From: Marsupella aquatica
Taxonomy: Eukaryota; Plantae; Marchantiophyta
Length of the DNA: 64,000 nucleotides
Direction of reading: 5' to 3'
NCBI GenBank assembly: GCA_973895155.1
Contig: OZ316891.1
Location: 13,547,037 to 13,611,036, forward strand
Position numbers and translations under genes: made by a program. Positions 36,470 through 50,084 of this stretch are shown here, piece by piece (the first letter of the stretch is position 1; each line of letters starts with the position of its first letter). The notes beneath the pieces were generated by a model that was given only the letters and a program-made list of their open reading frames with translations, was not told the origin of the DNA and did no database searches.

Positions 36470-37790
36470 GGATTGAGGCAAGGTTTACTGCTTTGCTGTC
36501 TATGGAAGCACGGCAAGTAAGCCCCCCACTCTGGCTCTCACAAACTCGCTGAGTCTCCCAGCCTGCAAACGGGTTAATTTGGTGTGCACCAGTGGGAGTG
36601 CATTAGTGACTTAGTTTGTTCCTTTGCATTAGGTTGAAGAAAATAAAAGAAGCAGGACGTGGGCACAAGATAGAGGTATTCTTGCTGTCTGTTTAAGGAC
36701 TGCAAGTGGGCCGCCCATATCACTCTGGCTCACAAAATCTCCCTGCTGGTGGAGTATTTGGCTTGCACCAGTGGGAGTGCTCTTAGTGAATGGATTTTTA
36801 GTTTTTGTTAGGATGGAAAAAAAACAAAAAAAAACCAAAAAAAAAATTGGGTCTGGACTAAGGACTACTACTACTTCCACTTCTTGCTGTCTCTCTATCG
36901 AAGGGCCACAAGTGGGCCCCCTCGACCACTCTGTCTAGGATGGGAGAAAAGAAAATAAACAAAATGGGTCAGGACAAAGGTTTACTACTACTTCCACTTC
37001 TTGCTATCTGTGTAGCTAATAAGGGCCCCTATACCACTCTGGCTCACTAAATCTTGCCTTTGGGGGAACTACTTGGTGTGCTGCAGTGGGAGTGCTCTTA
37101 GTGAATTTGATTTTCCTCTGTTTAGTTAGGTTGAAGAAAAGAAAAGAAAAACCAACTCACTTAGGTCAATTGGCTAGGGATTAGCCTGGAACTGAGAGGT
37201 CCTAGGTTCAATTCCCCCTTCACACAGGGGATGTGGAGGGTATATGTGTATGGGTGGATGGGTTTTGTGGGTAGTGGATGGGAGTTCTGATTATCTACTT
37301 AGCCCTGGTGGCCCTGATTTAATCCTCTCTTCTCTCCTGGTGCGGTCCCTGTCCTAATTGTGGGGGCTCACCCTGAAATGGATTGGGGAGAGATCTACTA
37401 AGTGTTCTTCCTCGTTTCCTTCCAAGACAAAAAAAAAAGGGGGAAAAAAAGAAAAGAATTTGGGGAGAGTTTACTAAGTATTCTTCATTTCCTTTCAAGG
37501 CAAGAAAAAAGAAAAGAGATAGATGCAAGGTTTACTACTACCTCACTTCTTGCTGTCTATCTCGTGAAGGGAAATGGGTTAGGGAGGGTCTACTAAGTGT
37601 TCTTCCTCTTTTCCTTCCAAGACAAAAGAAAAGAAAAGAAAAGAATTTGGGGAGAGTCTACCTAGTCTTCCTCATTTCCTTCCAAGACAAGAAGAAAGAA
37701 AAGAAACAGATGCAAGGTTTACTACTGCTTCCACTTCTTGCTGTCTATCTCGTAAGGGCCGCAAGTGGGCCCCCGTCCCACTCTTCTGCG
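36470..37790. repeat. Degenerate tandem repeat region (two related unit types), interrupted by a SINE
   Basis: Recurring aaggtttactactacttccacttcttgctgtctatc, caagtgggcccc, cactctggctcac, cagtgggagtgc and tttccttccaagacaa motifs. Confidence 0.8.
37151..37375 (+). mobile_element. tRNA-derived SINE-like element
   Basis: Pol III A-box-like TAGGTCAATTGG (37162-37173) and B-box GGTTCAATTCC (37205-37215), 31 nt apart. It sits in the A-rich tract of a repeat unit, and the repeat resumes afterwards. No full tRNA cloverleaf. Confidence 0.65.
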
Positions 37791-39369
37791 AGCGAACAGG
37801 TAGTAAGTTTGTTGCTGCAGTTGCTGGGAAAAGGATTCGATCCCTCTCTTGCATAATTATCGCATCCGCTCATTCCAATCCGTCACGCAATACTCTGGCG
37901 TCAGCGTTATTCAAGGACTTCAGTTCTCCCGTCACCACTCTCTCACACCTCCGCTGAAAACCTCCGAGTGGCCCCTCGCCCACCACTGTTGGCCCCTCTC
38001 GAGAGCTGGCCTCTCGTCGGACCCGTCCCGCCCCCTTCCGAGCCGGCTCCTTACACTTGGCACCAACGCACTGCCTCTCTCGGCGCTGGCACCCCTCGCT
38101 GGCCAAGTGGTCCCCCGAGTTTAGCAAAGTAACCGGATCCGGTCTCGTTCGAACTGCAACAGTCACGTCGGTGGCGCCATATACAGGGGACGCAGACACG
38201 GTACAGTTCACTGTCGTGCACACTTATGAATGGATGGATGGATGGATGGATTGGATGCGTGCATGGATGCCTGCGTGGATGCGCGATGGATGGATGAATA
38301 CCGGCAGTTCTGGATACCCTCATTCATTCCGACCTGTCCAAGGCCTCCATCACTCCATCCCATCACTCAAGTACGACAAACGAGCGGTACCGATACCGTC
38401 CACGGTATCACATAATATGACATAATTTGAGCCCTTCAAAACCCTTTCCTACTTCCAATTCTCGGGGTTCGCTTCCGACAAAGCAACTCGGGCTGTCAAT
38501 CTGACACCACGTGGCATGCCGCAGTGGTGATCCAGAATTGATAGCGGACTGGCGTGAGTGAAATCTTATCAATTCCATTTCACCTCATCTGAGATACGCG
38601 CAATCACGTTTTGTCCTAAGAAACTGTTCAGAACCTTGTGTGCGAGGTTTCCAAACACTGATGAATCAGATCTGCTATATGGAAAAACATGACGTGATCA
38701 GTGTTCTGTGCCATTTCCTGGGAAGCATGTTTTGCAGTAGTATCTCACTTTTACTTTGCGGCCCTCCAATTTTGTCACTTTGTGGCCTGCACTCATTTAA
38801 TGCTAGTATCGCGTCTTCTCTCGAAAATGATCACAACTCTGGTGAGTAATATGGCAAACACTGACCAATCAGTACTCTTGAAAGGAAGCATGGCTCCGTA
38901 TTCTGTGCCATTCACGGGAGGCATGTTTCCACTTTGCGGCCCTCCAATTTTGTCACTTTGCGACCCTCCAATTGTTTTTGTCGTCACGGTCGTTCTTCAA
39001 GGTGTAGATAAAAACGAGAGCGGATCCATGGACGTAAAATCCGATTTGGTTCTGTTGCCAATAAGCTCCAAAAAGGTCTAATTTCAGGATTACTCGTCGT
39101 CATTAATTGGTCGAGCAAGCTGGATCCACACTACGTGACTACGGTCCACCACATTGTGATGCCAGGGGGGCCCATGTCGCGACACCAACCTGTAAAATGA
39201 GCGAGGGGGATAGATTGATGCCCGGCTAATAATAAGTATCTGCACTCTGCAGGCTCCAATCCCAATCTCTCCCCCTCAATCCGCTCATCCCATTAAGAAT
39301 CCAGAGTGTAGGCTTCGAGCACGACTTGGATTTCAGCAGGCCCTGGTGTCAAAGTAAGTAATTTATTGC

Positions 39370-39780
39370 AGTTAAAGATACTCAAAAGTACCCTCGTGGT
39401 AACTTGGAAAGGGATTCTCAAAACGTACCTTAGTGATAACTTTGTTCGAGATTCTCAGAATTTCCCTAAGGTAGCTTGGTTAGAGATTCTCAGGATTACC
39501 CTAAAGATAGCTTGGTTAGAGATTGTCCAAACCACCCTAGTGGTTGGCGATTCTCAAAGGAGCGCCAGTGGTAATATGGTTGGAGATTCTCAAAAGTACC
39601 CTAGTGGTAACTTGGTTGGCAAATCTCAATTGTTAAAAATGGTTTTTGCTCTTCCCTAATTTTGGTGGTGGCCCATGAAAATTTCCATCGCAAAAGTTAG
39701 CTGGCCGGGTATCGTTAATATGTAGCCAAACTTAGTTCAAGAGTCCCAAAAGTACCAAAGTGGTAACTTGCCAAAAGTGG
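39370..39780. repeat. Degenerate ~35-bp minisatellite (GGTTGGAGATTCTCAAAAGTACCCTAGTGGTAACTT-like)
   Basis: gagattctca / accctagtggtaa recur about every 35 bp. Confidence 0.8.
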
Positions 39781-41959
39781 CGATAAGTTTTTGGAGAGGT
39801 GGAATCTAGTGACATTTTGCCACTAAAAAAAACTCTGGTATGAGCTTCGCGCAACTTGGATTTGAGCAGGGTTAGGCTAGCTAGCGGACGGCTGGATGAA
39901 GCATGGGGCCATCTGCCCCTCTCTATATGCTACAGTAATGATTAATTTAATTTCAGCTACCAAACGACCAAACGATGAACTTTTGGCGTGATCCAGTAGC
40001 GAACTTTCCCAGCTATGATGTGAAAAACAAAATCTGAGCTTTTGCGTAATCCTGAGGCGCACCTGATCGTCCCTACAGTATGGGCATATATATCACCCTG
40101 CAAGAAACTTAAAGGTGCGTAACAACTACAGCACTAGACACGATCCCAAAAGGGTCCCAAAAGGGAGAAAAAAACCACTAGAAACACAAAAGAGCCAAAA
40201 AGCCAAAACAATAAGAGGGTTCGAGCACGCACGACTTGGATTTGAGCAGGCTTACGCTAGCTAGGCGGACGGCTGGATGATGCGTAGGGCCCTCTGCCCC
40301 TCTCTATTGGCTACAGTAATGATTAATTTGAGTTGTAGAGCAGGGGCTCCTGCTGATGCTGTGATTCCGGTCCCCCTCAGTCGCACAAATTACTCGCGCC
40401 ATATTTTTCGAATCGATCTGCACTGTTCGTATCTAGTGCACATCACAGCACCGCACAGCCCCACGATTTGAGAGACTGGGCCTGCTTTTCCGCGCCAGTC
40501 CAATCACATCTACCGACGGCCGTCGGATGGAGTATGCCGTGCTTTCAACCGAACACACCAACGCCAACATCATTAATGGTAGCGGTGTAATTATTGTGCG
40601 GTGCCGACAGTTTATCGTCGGCAGTTATCGCACAAGGTGAGAATCGCACGCGGGTAATTTCGGATGTTTTTTTCCCCTTTTCAACCGGGGAGAGTGGCGG
40701 GGGAATTTGAAACCCCCATGAACCATAGTTCCAAAAATTTGAGCTTGATTTTAATGATTTGATTTCATAATTTTTTAATATTTTATAGGTTTAGGTCTGT
40801 GCTAGAGGAATAGATGCTTATCACATTATTGCAAATGGGCCTGTGTATTGTTTAATTTACCACTTCGGGCACTAGTAGGGCGATTTGGACGGCTAGGAAT
40901 ATTTTTCATTCCAGATTTAAGAATGACCATCCGATCGTGGACAATGGGGCTTGTGGCTAGGTGGGACAGCCCTATGAATATTTCTTGTCTGATTTTGGAG
41001 AATAATTTTGGACCATTAAATCTCACTAGATTTAAAGAAAGCCATCAGATTGAGGCAAATGGGGTTTGTGGCAAGGTGGGAAACAGGCTAATCCAAGACT
41101 GGAAGGTAATTTTGAAGGTGTACCTTGAGAGAAGGAGAAGATGCTAAGAATATTATTTGTCAAATTTCCCCAAGTGGTGAATACTATATTGTGAGCTGGA
41201 ATCACTTTCGGAAAATTACTCTTACCCAAATTGCAAATTGCACGTCTGCATGAGTGAAACAACGAATGCCTGATTCCACTTCATCGGTTAAAAACGACGT
41301 GAGGACGGTGAGGAGCGAGAATTGCAGACGGCAGTCCTGTACCGAATCGTGCGCGAGCAATGGAGTCGGAGCTCAATTGATGGGGCGTTTGGCACCGATC
41401 CATGGCGGTGGAAGCAAAGGCAGCTTGACTCCAGATTCGTCGCGAGCGAGCTACCGTGACTCGCCGCAAGTAGTCGTGCACGAAGGCTGCTTTGGTTGGC
41501 TGCAGTCGGGTCCAATCCGCTCGGGAGGTACTTTGCAAAAATCGTCAATGCGAGGAGAGGAGACATCACAAAGTGCGGTGGTACCAAATCGTACACGCTT
41601 GCGAAAGGGAATCGAGCATTGTGTCATTGCGGTGCTGCTGTTTGGACAGGACGAGGGCTGGAGAGTATCTGCAGATTCGTCGCGATCGAATTCACCTCAT
41701 CTCCGTACCTGCGCATCGAATTTGCGCAAGTAGTACAGCAGAATAATGAGGCAGCGAGGGTGGAATTGGCTCAGCAGAATTGGTGAGCAGTCAGAGCAGA
41801 TTACGGGAGGTCGTATGAGCGAGGACGCAAGGCCAAGAGTTACGCAGACAGGACACTCACTACTCTAGCTTTGCTTCTCGTTTATCGCCCAATTCCATCT
41901 CGCTCAAAAGTGTGTCATTACTATGGCGAAACTCGTCAGGCTTTTGGTCGTTGATTAGT

Positions 41960-42690
41960 CAGTGTCCCACCTAGTCCACATACCCCATTGGTCTGAATCT
42001 GACGGTTTCCCTTGAATCTAGGGAGATCTTATATTGAGAGATCACTTTGCGCTGGGGAGATCTTATGTTGATAGATGAATTTTGTCAAATTACGTCTGTT
42101 GAGATATTACGAGATTAATCTTTAAAAATATTGTAAGTCCTCAGATTAGTTTGGAAAATTACTCAACTAACATTCTCGTTCCACTTTTGGCTGAAATGAA
42201 ATTAGCCAAGATTTTTTTCGTGATGGATTGGACAGTTTCTCAACTACAGACCCTATTGGCTGGAATCTGATAGTTTCCTCACATCAAGGGGATCTTTATG
42301 GTCAGATATTTAATCATAATTATTTGTAATTTTCTTTCAGAGATTAAGTGAAGAAAATTCTAATGTCTTCTCCTTCCACTCTAGGGTAAATTGGCCTAAT
42401 TCTTGTCTTCCATTAGTAAGCCAGTTTTCCCACCCAACCACAAACCCCATTGGCCAAAATCTGGCAGATTTCCTTAAGTCAAGGGGATCTTATGTTCAGA
42501 GATTAATCTATGAAAATTATGTACTTCAGAAATTAGCCTGGAAAGTTACATAAAGCGTAATCTAAGTATCTTCTCCTTCCACTTTTGTATAAATCGGCCA
42601 GGGTCCATTAGCTAGCTAGTTTCCCACCTAGACACAGACCCCATTGGCTGGAATCTGACATTTTCCCTTAAATCTAGGGAGACAATGGCT
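41960..42690. repeat. Degenerate tandem repeat, about 4 copies of a ~190-280 bp unit
   Basis: ccccattggctggaatctgac...tttccct..aaggggatcttat recurs at ~41985, 42250, 42445 and 42640. Confidence 0.75.
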
Positions 42691-44199
42691 GGAAATTAAC
42701 CTCATAGAGATTATGGAAGGAGTGTTCTGTATTCACACAAGTTACTCCTTAAAAATGACCCTTCTCCGGCCATTCACATCCGTTATCCCTGGTAGGAAAA
42801 ATATGCATGATTCCACACCACTATGAAGATTCACCACCTTTGGCAAAAAACATTTCCAAGCCTTTTGTCTTCAAGTAGCCTCATATCCCACTAGCCAGAA
42901 CATGAGGGTTATTCTTATCGACCTAACAATAACCTCCTAAAATTAAATAAAGTATAGCCCTTTAAAAATACCTGCGGCTCACAATCCTCACGTCTGTTTC
43001 GTTTTCCTGTTTTAACCGATGAACCGGAATCAGTCAGTCCTTGATTCACTCACTCTCACTCACGCAATAGTAAGAGTGAGTTGGAGCAAATGATATGAGC
43101 AAATGATATTCCGCGACGTAGTGGTCGTAGTGTCACGTTAGAGGACGGTCCGTCAAATGTAGGGCCGCCTCCAGCCAATGAACGGGACTCTTCCTGTGGG
43201 CATGTTGAGAAGGTGGCACACACCCGCCGTTTCGCAAACTCTCCCCGTCCACTCTAGTCCCCACGTATCCACAGACGTGGGCTGCCCTACCCTAAAAACC
43301 CTGCATGGCACATGATCATTGGGGCTCCTCACAGCTCCTATTTCGGAATTAGATTATGACATAAGCCCATCAAAGGACATGTTAAATTTTAAGTTTGGCA
43401 ACTCTCTCACCCATCATTATTATCATCATCATCATCATTGTAGACGAGGACGAGGAGCGACTCTTGCATTGTCGCCCTGCCCTGCCCAGCCCTGCAATGC
43501 CTGTCTGGCACATGATTATTGGGGCTCCTCAGAGTTCTTATTTCGGAATGAGAGTATGACAGAAGCACATAGAAGGACATGTTAAATTTTTAGTTGGCAA
43601 CTCACTCATCATCAGAGGTCGAGAAAGCAACTCTTGCATTGTTGCACCTGCCCTGCCCGAACGTTGCCCGGACGCTGCCCGTCCCTGCCCAGCCTGGTTG
43701 GTTGGTTGGGTTGGTTGGTTAGTTGGTTGCGTAACAAGGTGTGGTAAATCTGTTGGTGTCTTGCTTGCTCAAGTCACTAGTCACATCGTGCATGTTCCTA
43801 CCAGTCAATGAGAGAAACATCGACGGTCAGAAAGCCATCATGTGGGGTTTCCGTGACAGGCACCGTCGATCTTGCAGGGGTTACAGGTAGAGTACAGACA
43901 CAGCGGGGCGATTTTAAGGTCTTTTTCTTTTTCGCCAGGGTGGCGAATGCCACTGCATGAAGGCGAAGATGCAAAGACTATTCTTCATGAACATTTCTTA
44001 GCTTGCTTTTGACTGTTAGGTCTCCCTAGATTGAAGGATAACTGTCAGATCCTGCTTAATGGGGTCTGAGACTAGGAGGGAAATTGTCAAATCAAGACAA
44101 AAAGCCTGGCGAATGAATGTTTGCCAAAAGTGGGAAGGGTTTTTCACTGAAATAGAAATTTGGGTTACTTTTGCTACTAGAAAATGCTTGTGAAGAGTA

Positions 44200-45230
44200 A
44201 GGTGCCTTTTCCATCCATCTGTGAAAACAAGGGACACGTGAGAGGAAGAGCAGAGCTTTCTTGTGTGCTGATTCTTGCTCACAATTTGGTACCAATAATG
44301 TGATGAAACAAAGACACAAGCTAAGGAAAAATAATGGCTTGTAAGGGCCCGCCAGAGAGGGGTATTTGATAACTAAAGCCTGGAAATCACAAATTCATGG
44401 AGCGGTCCTTAGCCTTTGTTTTTGTCCCAAGTGCTCCATCACCTCCACCGCCGATCTTGCAGGTGGTCTTACACGAGTGACAGGAAGAGTACAGAGTAAG
44501 GCGTCTGGTCCATCCATCCATGACAACACGGTACTTGTGAGAGGAAGGGGAAGAGCACAGCTTCCACATGCTCTTATTCTTGCTCGCAATTGGTACCAAT
44601 AAAACAAAGGCACAAGCGAAGGAAAAAAATTGTAAGGGCCAGATTGAGTGGCCTCTCTTGTTAACCTCAGATAAAAAAATTCCCGAAAATCCTTAATCCA
44701 TGGAACATCCTTCACTTCTCTTTGCCCAAAGTGCCCCCCATCCCGGATGATCTTGCAAGCGGTGTGCAGAGTTACATGTAGATTACAGAGTAAGGTGTCT
44801 GGTCTGTTCATCAGTGAACACACAGTACACGTGAGACGAAAAAGGAAGAGCAGAGCTTTCATGTGTGCTCATTCTCGCTCACAATTTGGTACCAATAATG
44901 TGACAAAACGAAGGTACAAGTTAAGGAAAATATTGGCTACTAAGGGCCCGCCAGAGGGGGGTCTTTGATAACTAAAGCCTGGAAATCATAAATTCATGGA
45001 CCGTCCGTATTAGCCTTCTTTTTGACTGAAGTGCCCCATCGTGCACGCGGTCTTACAGAGTTACGCTTAGATTACACGGTAAGGTGTCCGGTCCCTCCAT
45101 CAGCGAACACACGGTACACGTGAGAGGGCAAGGAAGAGATGTGCGCTCATCCTCGCTCACAATTTGGTGTCAATAATGTGACGAAACGGAGGCACAAGTT
45201 AAGGGAAAATAATAATGGCACGTTGGGAAT
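44200..45230. repeat. Tandem repeat, ~300-bp unit, 3-4 copies
   Basis: cacgtgaga...gaagagcagagctttc...tcgctcacaatttggtaccaataa recurs at ~44235, 44535, 44828 and 45117. Confidence 0.88.
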
Positions 45231-47382
45231 TTCACCAGAGCTCTGATGATGAAGCGTTGAAGCTTCCTCGCAAGACAACGACGACGAAAAAGTAATGGCA
45301 CGTCGAAAGACAGGTCACACACACACACGCACCCACCCACGAAGCTTGTCTGTCTACACAAAGACCGGTGGTATTATTATTATTATTATTATTATTGTCA
45401 CTCCTCTCCAGAGCATTCTTGAGAATCCTCGGTTGCACCAGTGAGTGCATCACGTTGTTTGAAATCAGGATCGGCCATGCCTGTCATGCCCTGCTCCAGA
45501 ACGAAAGAACTATCACGTGCGTGCAATCTTTGCCATTGGAAAGTGCAAGAGGTTGGCATGTCAAATGAGCTTTCCCCTGGTAAAAAGCACGTGATTATAG
45601 GACACTACATTAGCTTGCTTCCTTGCATTTTCACTTGCTTGCTTGGAGGACACAGGCGGGTGGGGTACAGGGCAGGCCCAGTTAGGGACTCCAGCCAGGA
45701 AGGAAGGGGCGCAGGCAGCCAGATCCTTCCTCCCGCCTTCCCGGATTTTGCGAGGTACACTCTGCTGCTGCTGGGGAGTTTTCTCTCCGGTCCGTTGTTC
45801 TCGCCTCTAGTTCCTTTGCCCTTGTGTGGGACTCTCGAATTTTGCAAGGACCCGGGCGGGGCCTGGCTAAGGGCTCCCGCCAGGAACCAGGTGGTGCAGG
45901 CATCAGGATCAGCTTAAATTTTTGAAGGTTTTTCCTTTTTTGCCAGTGAGGCAAAGGGCACCTTGTGTGAAGGACTGATGTTAGGACTTATGCTTATCTA
46001 ATTTTCCTGAAATACTTTATGACCAACACATCTCCCTAGATTTAAGGATGATTGCTAGAGTTTGGCTAATTGGGTGTGTGGCTAGGAGGCAAATGAAAAC
46101 CTACTATACTGACTTTTTGCCAAAAGTGGCAAATACTTTTAGAGAGTTGAAATCCACTAGCCAAATCTTTCCACCGTTAAAAATGCTGAGCCCAATCCTT
46201 CTTCCTTTCTTTCCAGTTTTCAGTGGGGTACAGTCTGTGACTTCCAGGGACTTTGGACTCCTCTTTCTGCTGTTCTCGGCTCTAGTTCCTTTGCCTTTGT
46301 GTGGGACTCTCTGGTTTTGTGGCTCTGGGGTTGCCCCTTGTTTTCTCCCCTCCGTTGGGTCTCCTGCCTTTGGGGTCGTGTCTCTCGGCTTGACATTTTG
46401 TGTTATTTGGCATGTTAATAGAGCTTGGCCCTGGTAAAAGCACAAAACAATAGGACATTAGAAAATCTTCCTTGGAGCTTCTAGTTACACTGTTCAAGAA
46501 ATGATCTTGAAAACATTATTTGTGCAGCAGAACATTTTTGCTGTTATGTTTCAATTATGGACTAGCACTAATAGTGGGTGCATTAAGTAACATAATTAAG
46601 GTCATACCAATTCTTTGTTCACCATTCGGAGCGTAAGGTGGTCCTGAAGCATAATCAAACAAACAATCAAAGACACGTACAAAGGTCACCATGCACATTG
46701 TGCACGTTTACATTGCCTTCTCTTGTAGCACTTGTAGGACTTGAAAAATGGGAATTACTCATAAAATTGCAACCCATAATGGCATTAGCAAAAAAACCCA
46801 CTGTAAATAGTGTTATTTTCTGCTGAAACTGGCCCCACTCTCAAATTAGGGTTACCAACAAAGGTTAATTCCAGAAAACTTTAGTCAAATGTGAACAAGA
46901 AAAATTATGGTGAGCAGTGTACATTGTTTGAGATTATTAGTGTTATGTAAGAATCAGTGTCAGTTACTTCTAAATTAGTCTTAGTCACTTCAACATCTTG
47001 GTCTTTGTGGATTAAAGTTACAAACCTGAATGTCCAAGCTTTGCTCACAAAAATTGGATAAATACACATTGCCTGTGGAAGTAGCCCCCTCATTGCCCCC
47101 TTGTGTGGTCCGATACTCCTGAATGTTTCACCCCCTGGAAATGTTTTCACCCCGTCCACAATAATGTGGTTCGTGATTTATACATACTATATATACATGT
47201 TAATATAATCAGGATTTCTACCAGCATTTAATTACTGTCCAGAAAGGTCAAATCCTGTCGTGAAAATCAAGAAATCAATTCTTTGTTGATAGTCTCCAAG
47301 CCATCCAATTTGTTTAAGATAACTCCAAGATTACTTCCACTTTTTTGTTTTTTCCTTTTGGCACACTCCCTTATGTGCTTTT

Positions 47383-47721
47383 TGTTAGGCTAAATCTAGT
47401 CTTGGGTTAACTTGTGACTTAGGCTAATCCACCATTAGGGTGTTTATGGTACTTAGCTGTGACTCTTGTATCTAGCATATAGAGTGGCTAAGGAGAGCTT
47501 CTCTTGGAGACCCATGCTCATTGTTGAAGGAGCTAGCTAGGTGCTAGGAGGGGAGCTTGTACAATGAGGTTTTGTGTGACCATGGCAACCAAAGCTTAGT
47601 AAACCTTTAGCATTCCGTGGATGTAGCCTTGACGAAGGTGAACCACATATATCTTGTGTTGGTGTGTGCATATGCTTGTTGGTTGTGTTCTTGTGATTGT
47701 GTCGTGCCAGTTTTCCCAAAA
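47383..47721 (+). mobile_element. Solo LTR (Copia-like), 339 bp
   Basis: Starts TGTTAGG and ends CCCAAAA (probably a mutated CCCAACA). Flanked by the 5-bp duplication CTTTT (47378-47382 and 47722-47726). Internal CCGTGGATGTAGCC..GGTGAACCACAT motif typical of plant LTRs. Confidence 0.85.
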
Positions 47722-48954
47722 CTTTTCTTCATGTTGTCAGAAAGTATCCTGAGAGAGCCAGTAGCAACGACCTTGATTCGCGAGTGGGGTTTTTCTTGCC
47801 AATCCAGAAAACATATTCTTAGGAATCCTTTGTGCCCATGACCTCGTTGCTAAAGGATTTCCTGGTGCTACTTAAAAAATCTAAGAACTAGTTCTCTTCA
47901 TTTTGGCTTTTAGAGTAAATTTTAATTCATTGCTTATCACAATAAGCAGTAAATCATTTTTTATGAAAAATTTCCATTTCTCCACCTTTGTTAAAGTAAA
48001 GGGATATGTTGAGGTAAGAATTATAGCAAAAACTGACCTATTAAAAAATACTACAGTAGTTTGCTCTCTAAGGTGTTGGCAGCCCAAGTTGAGAGTATCT
48101 TTTGCATCTTGAGTCTAGTTCTGCCCAATGAAGGTAATGGCCTGGCTGCCAAGCTACGTTTGTATGAGTTCATGGAGAAGATGTGGGAGCTGGTCACTCT
48201 GGACATAATGTCTGATGGGGGAAACACTTGTGCAAGAGACTAGGATTGTAAGAGGAGGCTCAAAGACCGCCGCAGTACTTGACTTGGATTGGCGAAAGGA
48301 AGGTGGGCACTCTAAGGTGTTGGCAGCCCAAAGTTGGGAGTAGCTTTGGCTTCTTGAATTTAGTCCTGCCCCAAAACGATGGAATGACCTGGCTTCCAAG
48401 CTACCTTTCTATCAGTTTGTGGAGAAATGAGCTAAGTCTCTCTGGATATAATGTTCGATGAGTTTGCATGTATGTTGTTGCAAACTTCAGCAGTGAGTCT
48501 TGCGTGCCTTGAGTGACAAGAGAGTCCCTAGCCCTACGTGATCTGTGCGGTGGAGAAGATGTTGAACTAGATCACTCTGGACATAATGTTCTACCAGTTT
48601 GCATGCATGTTGTTGCCAATACTTCAGCAGTGAATAGTCCTAAGCCGAGGTGCGCTGAGCTCAGTTATGGGCAGTAGATGAAATCATGGGCCACTCATGT
48701 TTCAGCTAAAACGGGCTGCAAGAAGCAAGCTTAGTGATCCGTAAAGAGGGTTGATGAGTCATCGCATGCATTCTTGTTGAGTTGGAAGCGCATAATACTC
48801 TACTGCTGATTCAGTTTGGGGTATCCAAAATGATTGGCAATCTTTGCCTGGCATCGCTTGTAAGCGTACAAGCAACAGGTTGGGGTGGAATATAGCTACG
48901 GTAATCAAACAGAAGTTAAGAGCTGTTAATGCTTGATTTGTCGAGTAAATTGTC

Positions 48955-49145
48955 CTGAGCAGAGCTCTAGGGCGGAAGATAGCTAAGGTGGTCAATTAAG
49001 AGCAGAGCTGGCAATGCTGGAAATGCCTATCAAATTCCCCTGATCAGAGCTCTAGGGCGGAAGATAGCTAAGGTAGTCAAATAAGAGTTGAGCTGGCAAT
49101 GCTGGAAGTCTATATGAAGTTCCCCTGAGCAGAGTTTTAGGATGC
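48955..49145. repeat. Short tandem repeat, ~85-bp unit, about 2.3 copies
   Basis: cctga(g/t)cagagctctagggcggaagatagctaaggt...gagctggcaatgctggaa is repeated. Confidence 0.85.
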
Positions 49146-50084
49146 AAGCATACGAACGTAAGGGCAGGAGGCCAATGACACTTCCATCCTCTTAGCACTG
49201 AACAATAAACTTAAAAGTACTACAATCTTCCAGATATATAATACTGTACACGCTTCAGAGTCTTCAGACTAATAATGCATTCCTGGCGACACGAAGGGAA
49301 ACGTTTCAGTGATTTGCGTATCTATAGAACCCCATCACCCAACACGACACCTTCGTCCTACTACCGATCAGAGAGGCTAATGCGCGCAACATTTCGTAAG
49401 GCCAAAAATGACAGGCATACTTTTCGTACATAATAAGCAGCAAAAATGACTCTGAATAACAACTTCTTCTTTTTCGGCAAAGTCGAGATTCTTCACAACG
49501 AACTGAAACTATATGCGAATTGTCCATTTGGTCCAAAGAAAACGTTACGATCTACTTCTGCAATTATACACATGAGTTATCCACTAAAATTGTGCTATAT
49601 TACAGATAAAGGCGTTGAATACAAGAATTGGCAGTACCAGGGCATGAACGTTGAGGGAGGGATGCGAAGGGAGAGGGACAGTATTCATGTATGGGTGAGG
49701 ATAGAATGTAGCCTTCTCGTAGTACAATACCAACCATGAATTCTCAGCTGGTAAACAATTTCTTAATTCTCAGTTCTGATTTCAAATCTGTTCACCCAAG
49801 TTGCAGGGTAAATGTCTAAAGACTATAACAGGCAAGTGGTATCTCCTGCAGCAACTCAAATGCAGGGTATTCTTTTATGTACAAGAGGAATCTGTAATGT
49901 CCTGTTGAAGTGATTGGGCTCCAGTTAGCTGTCACCCAACATTCTAATGCAAAGTTGTCAAAAGCAGATTTTGGTAAATACATCTTAAAACAACGTTGAA
50001 TGGATTGACGTCCCTCCGACGCCACCTCTAAACGTAGTGCCGCACCTGCTGCTGACACTGTCTAATTCGCTACCACCTCGCAAC

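Noticed and set aside
37825-37850. B-box-like GGATCGAATCC on the minus strand
   Set aside because: No A-box or cloverleaf, so not a tRNA.
38069-38085. Resemblance to miR408 (GCACTGCCTCT)
   Set aside because: Only 11 nt match and no convincing precursor hairpin is visible.
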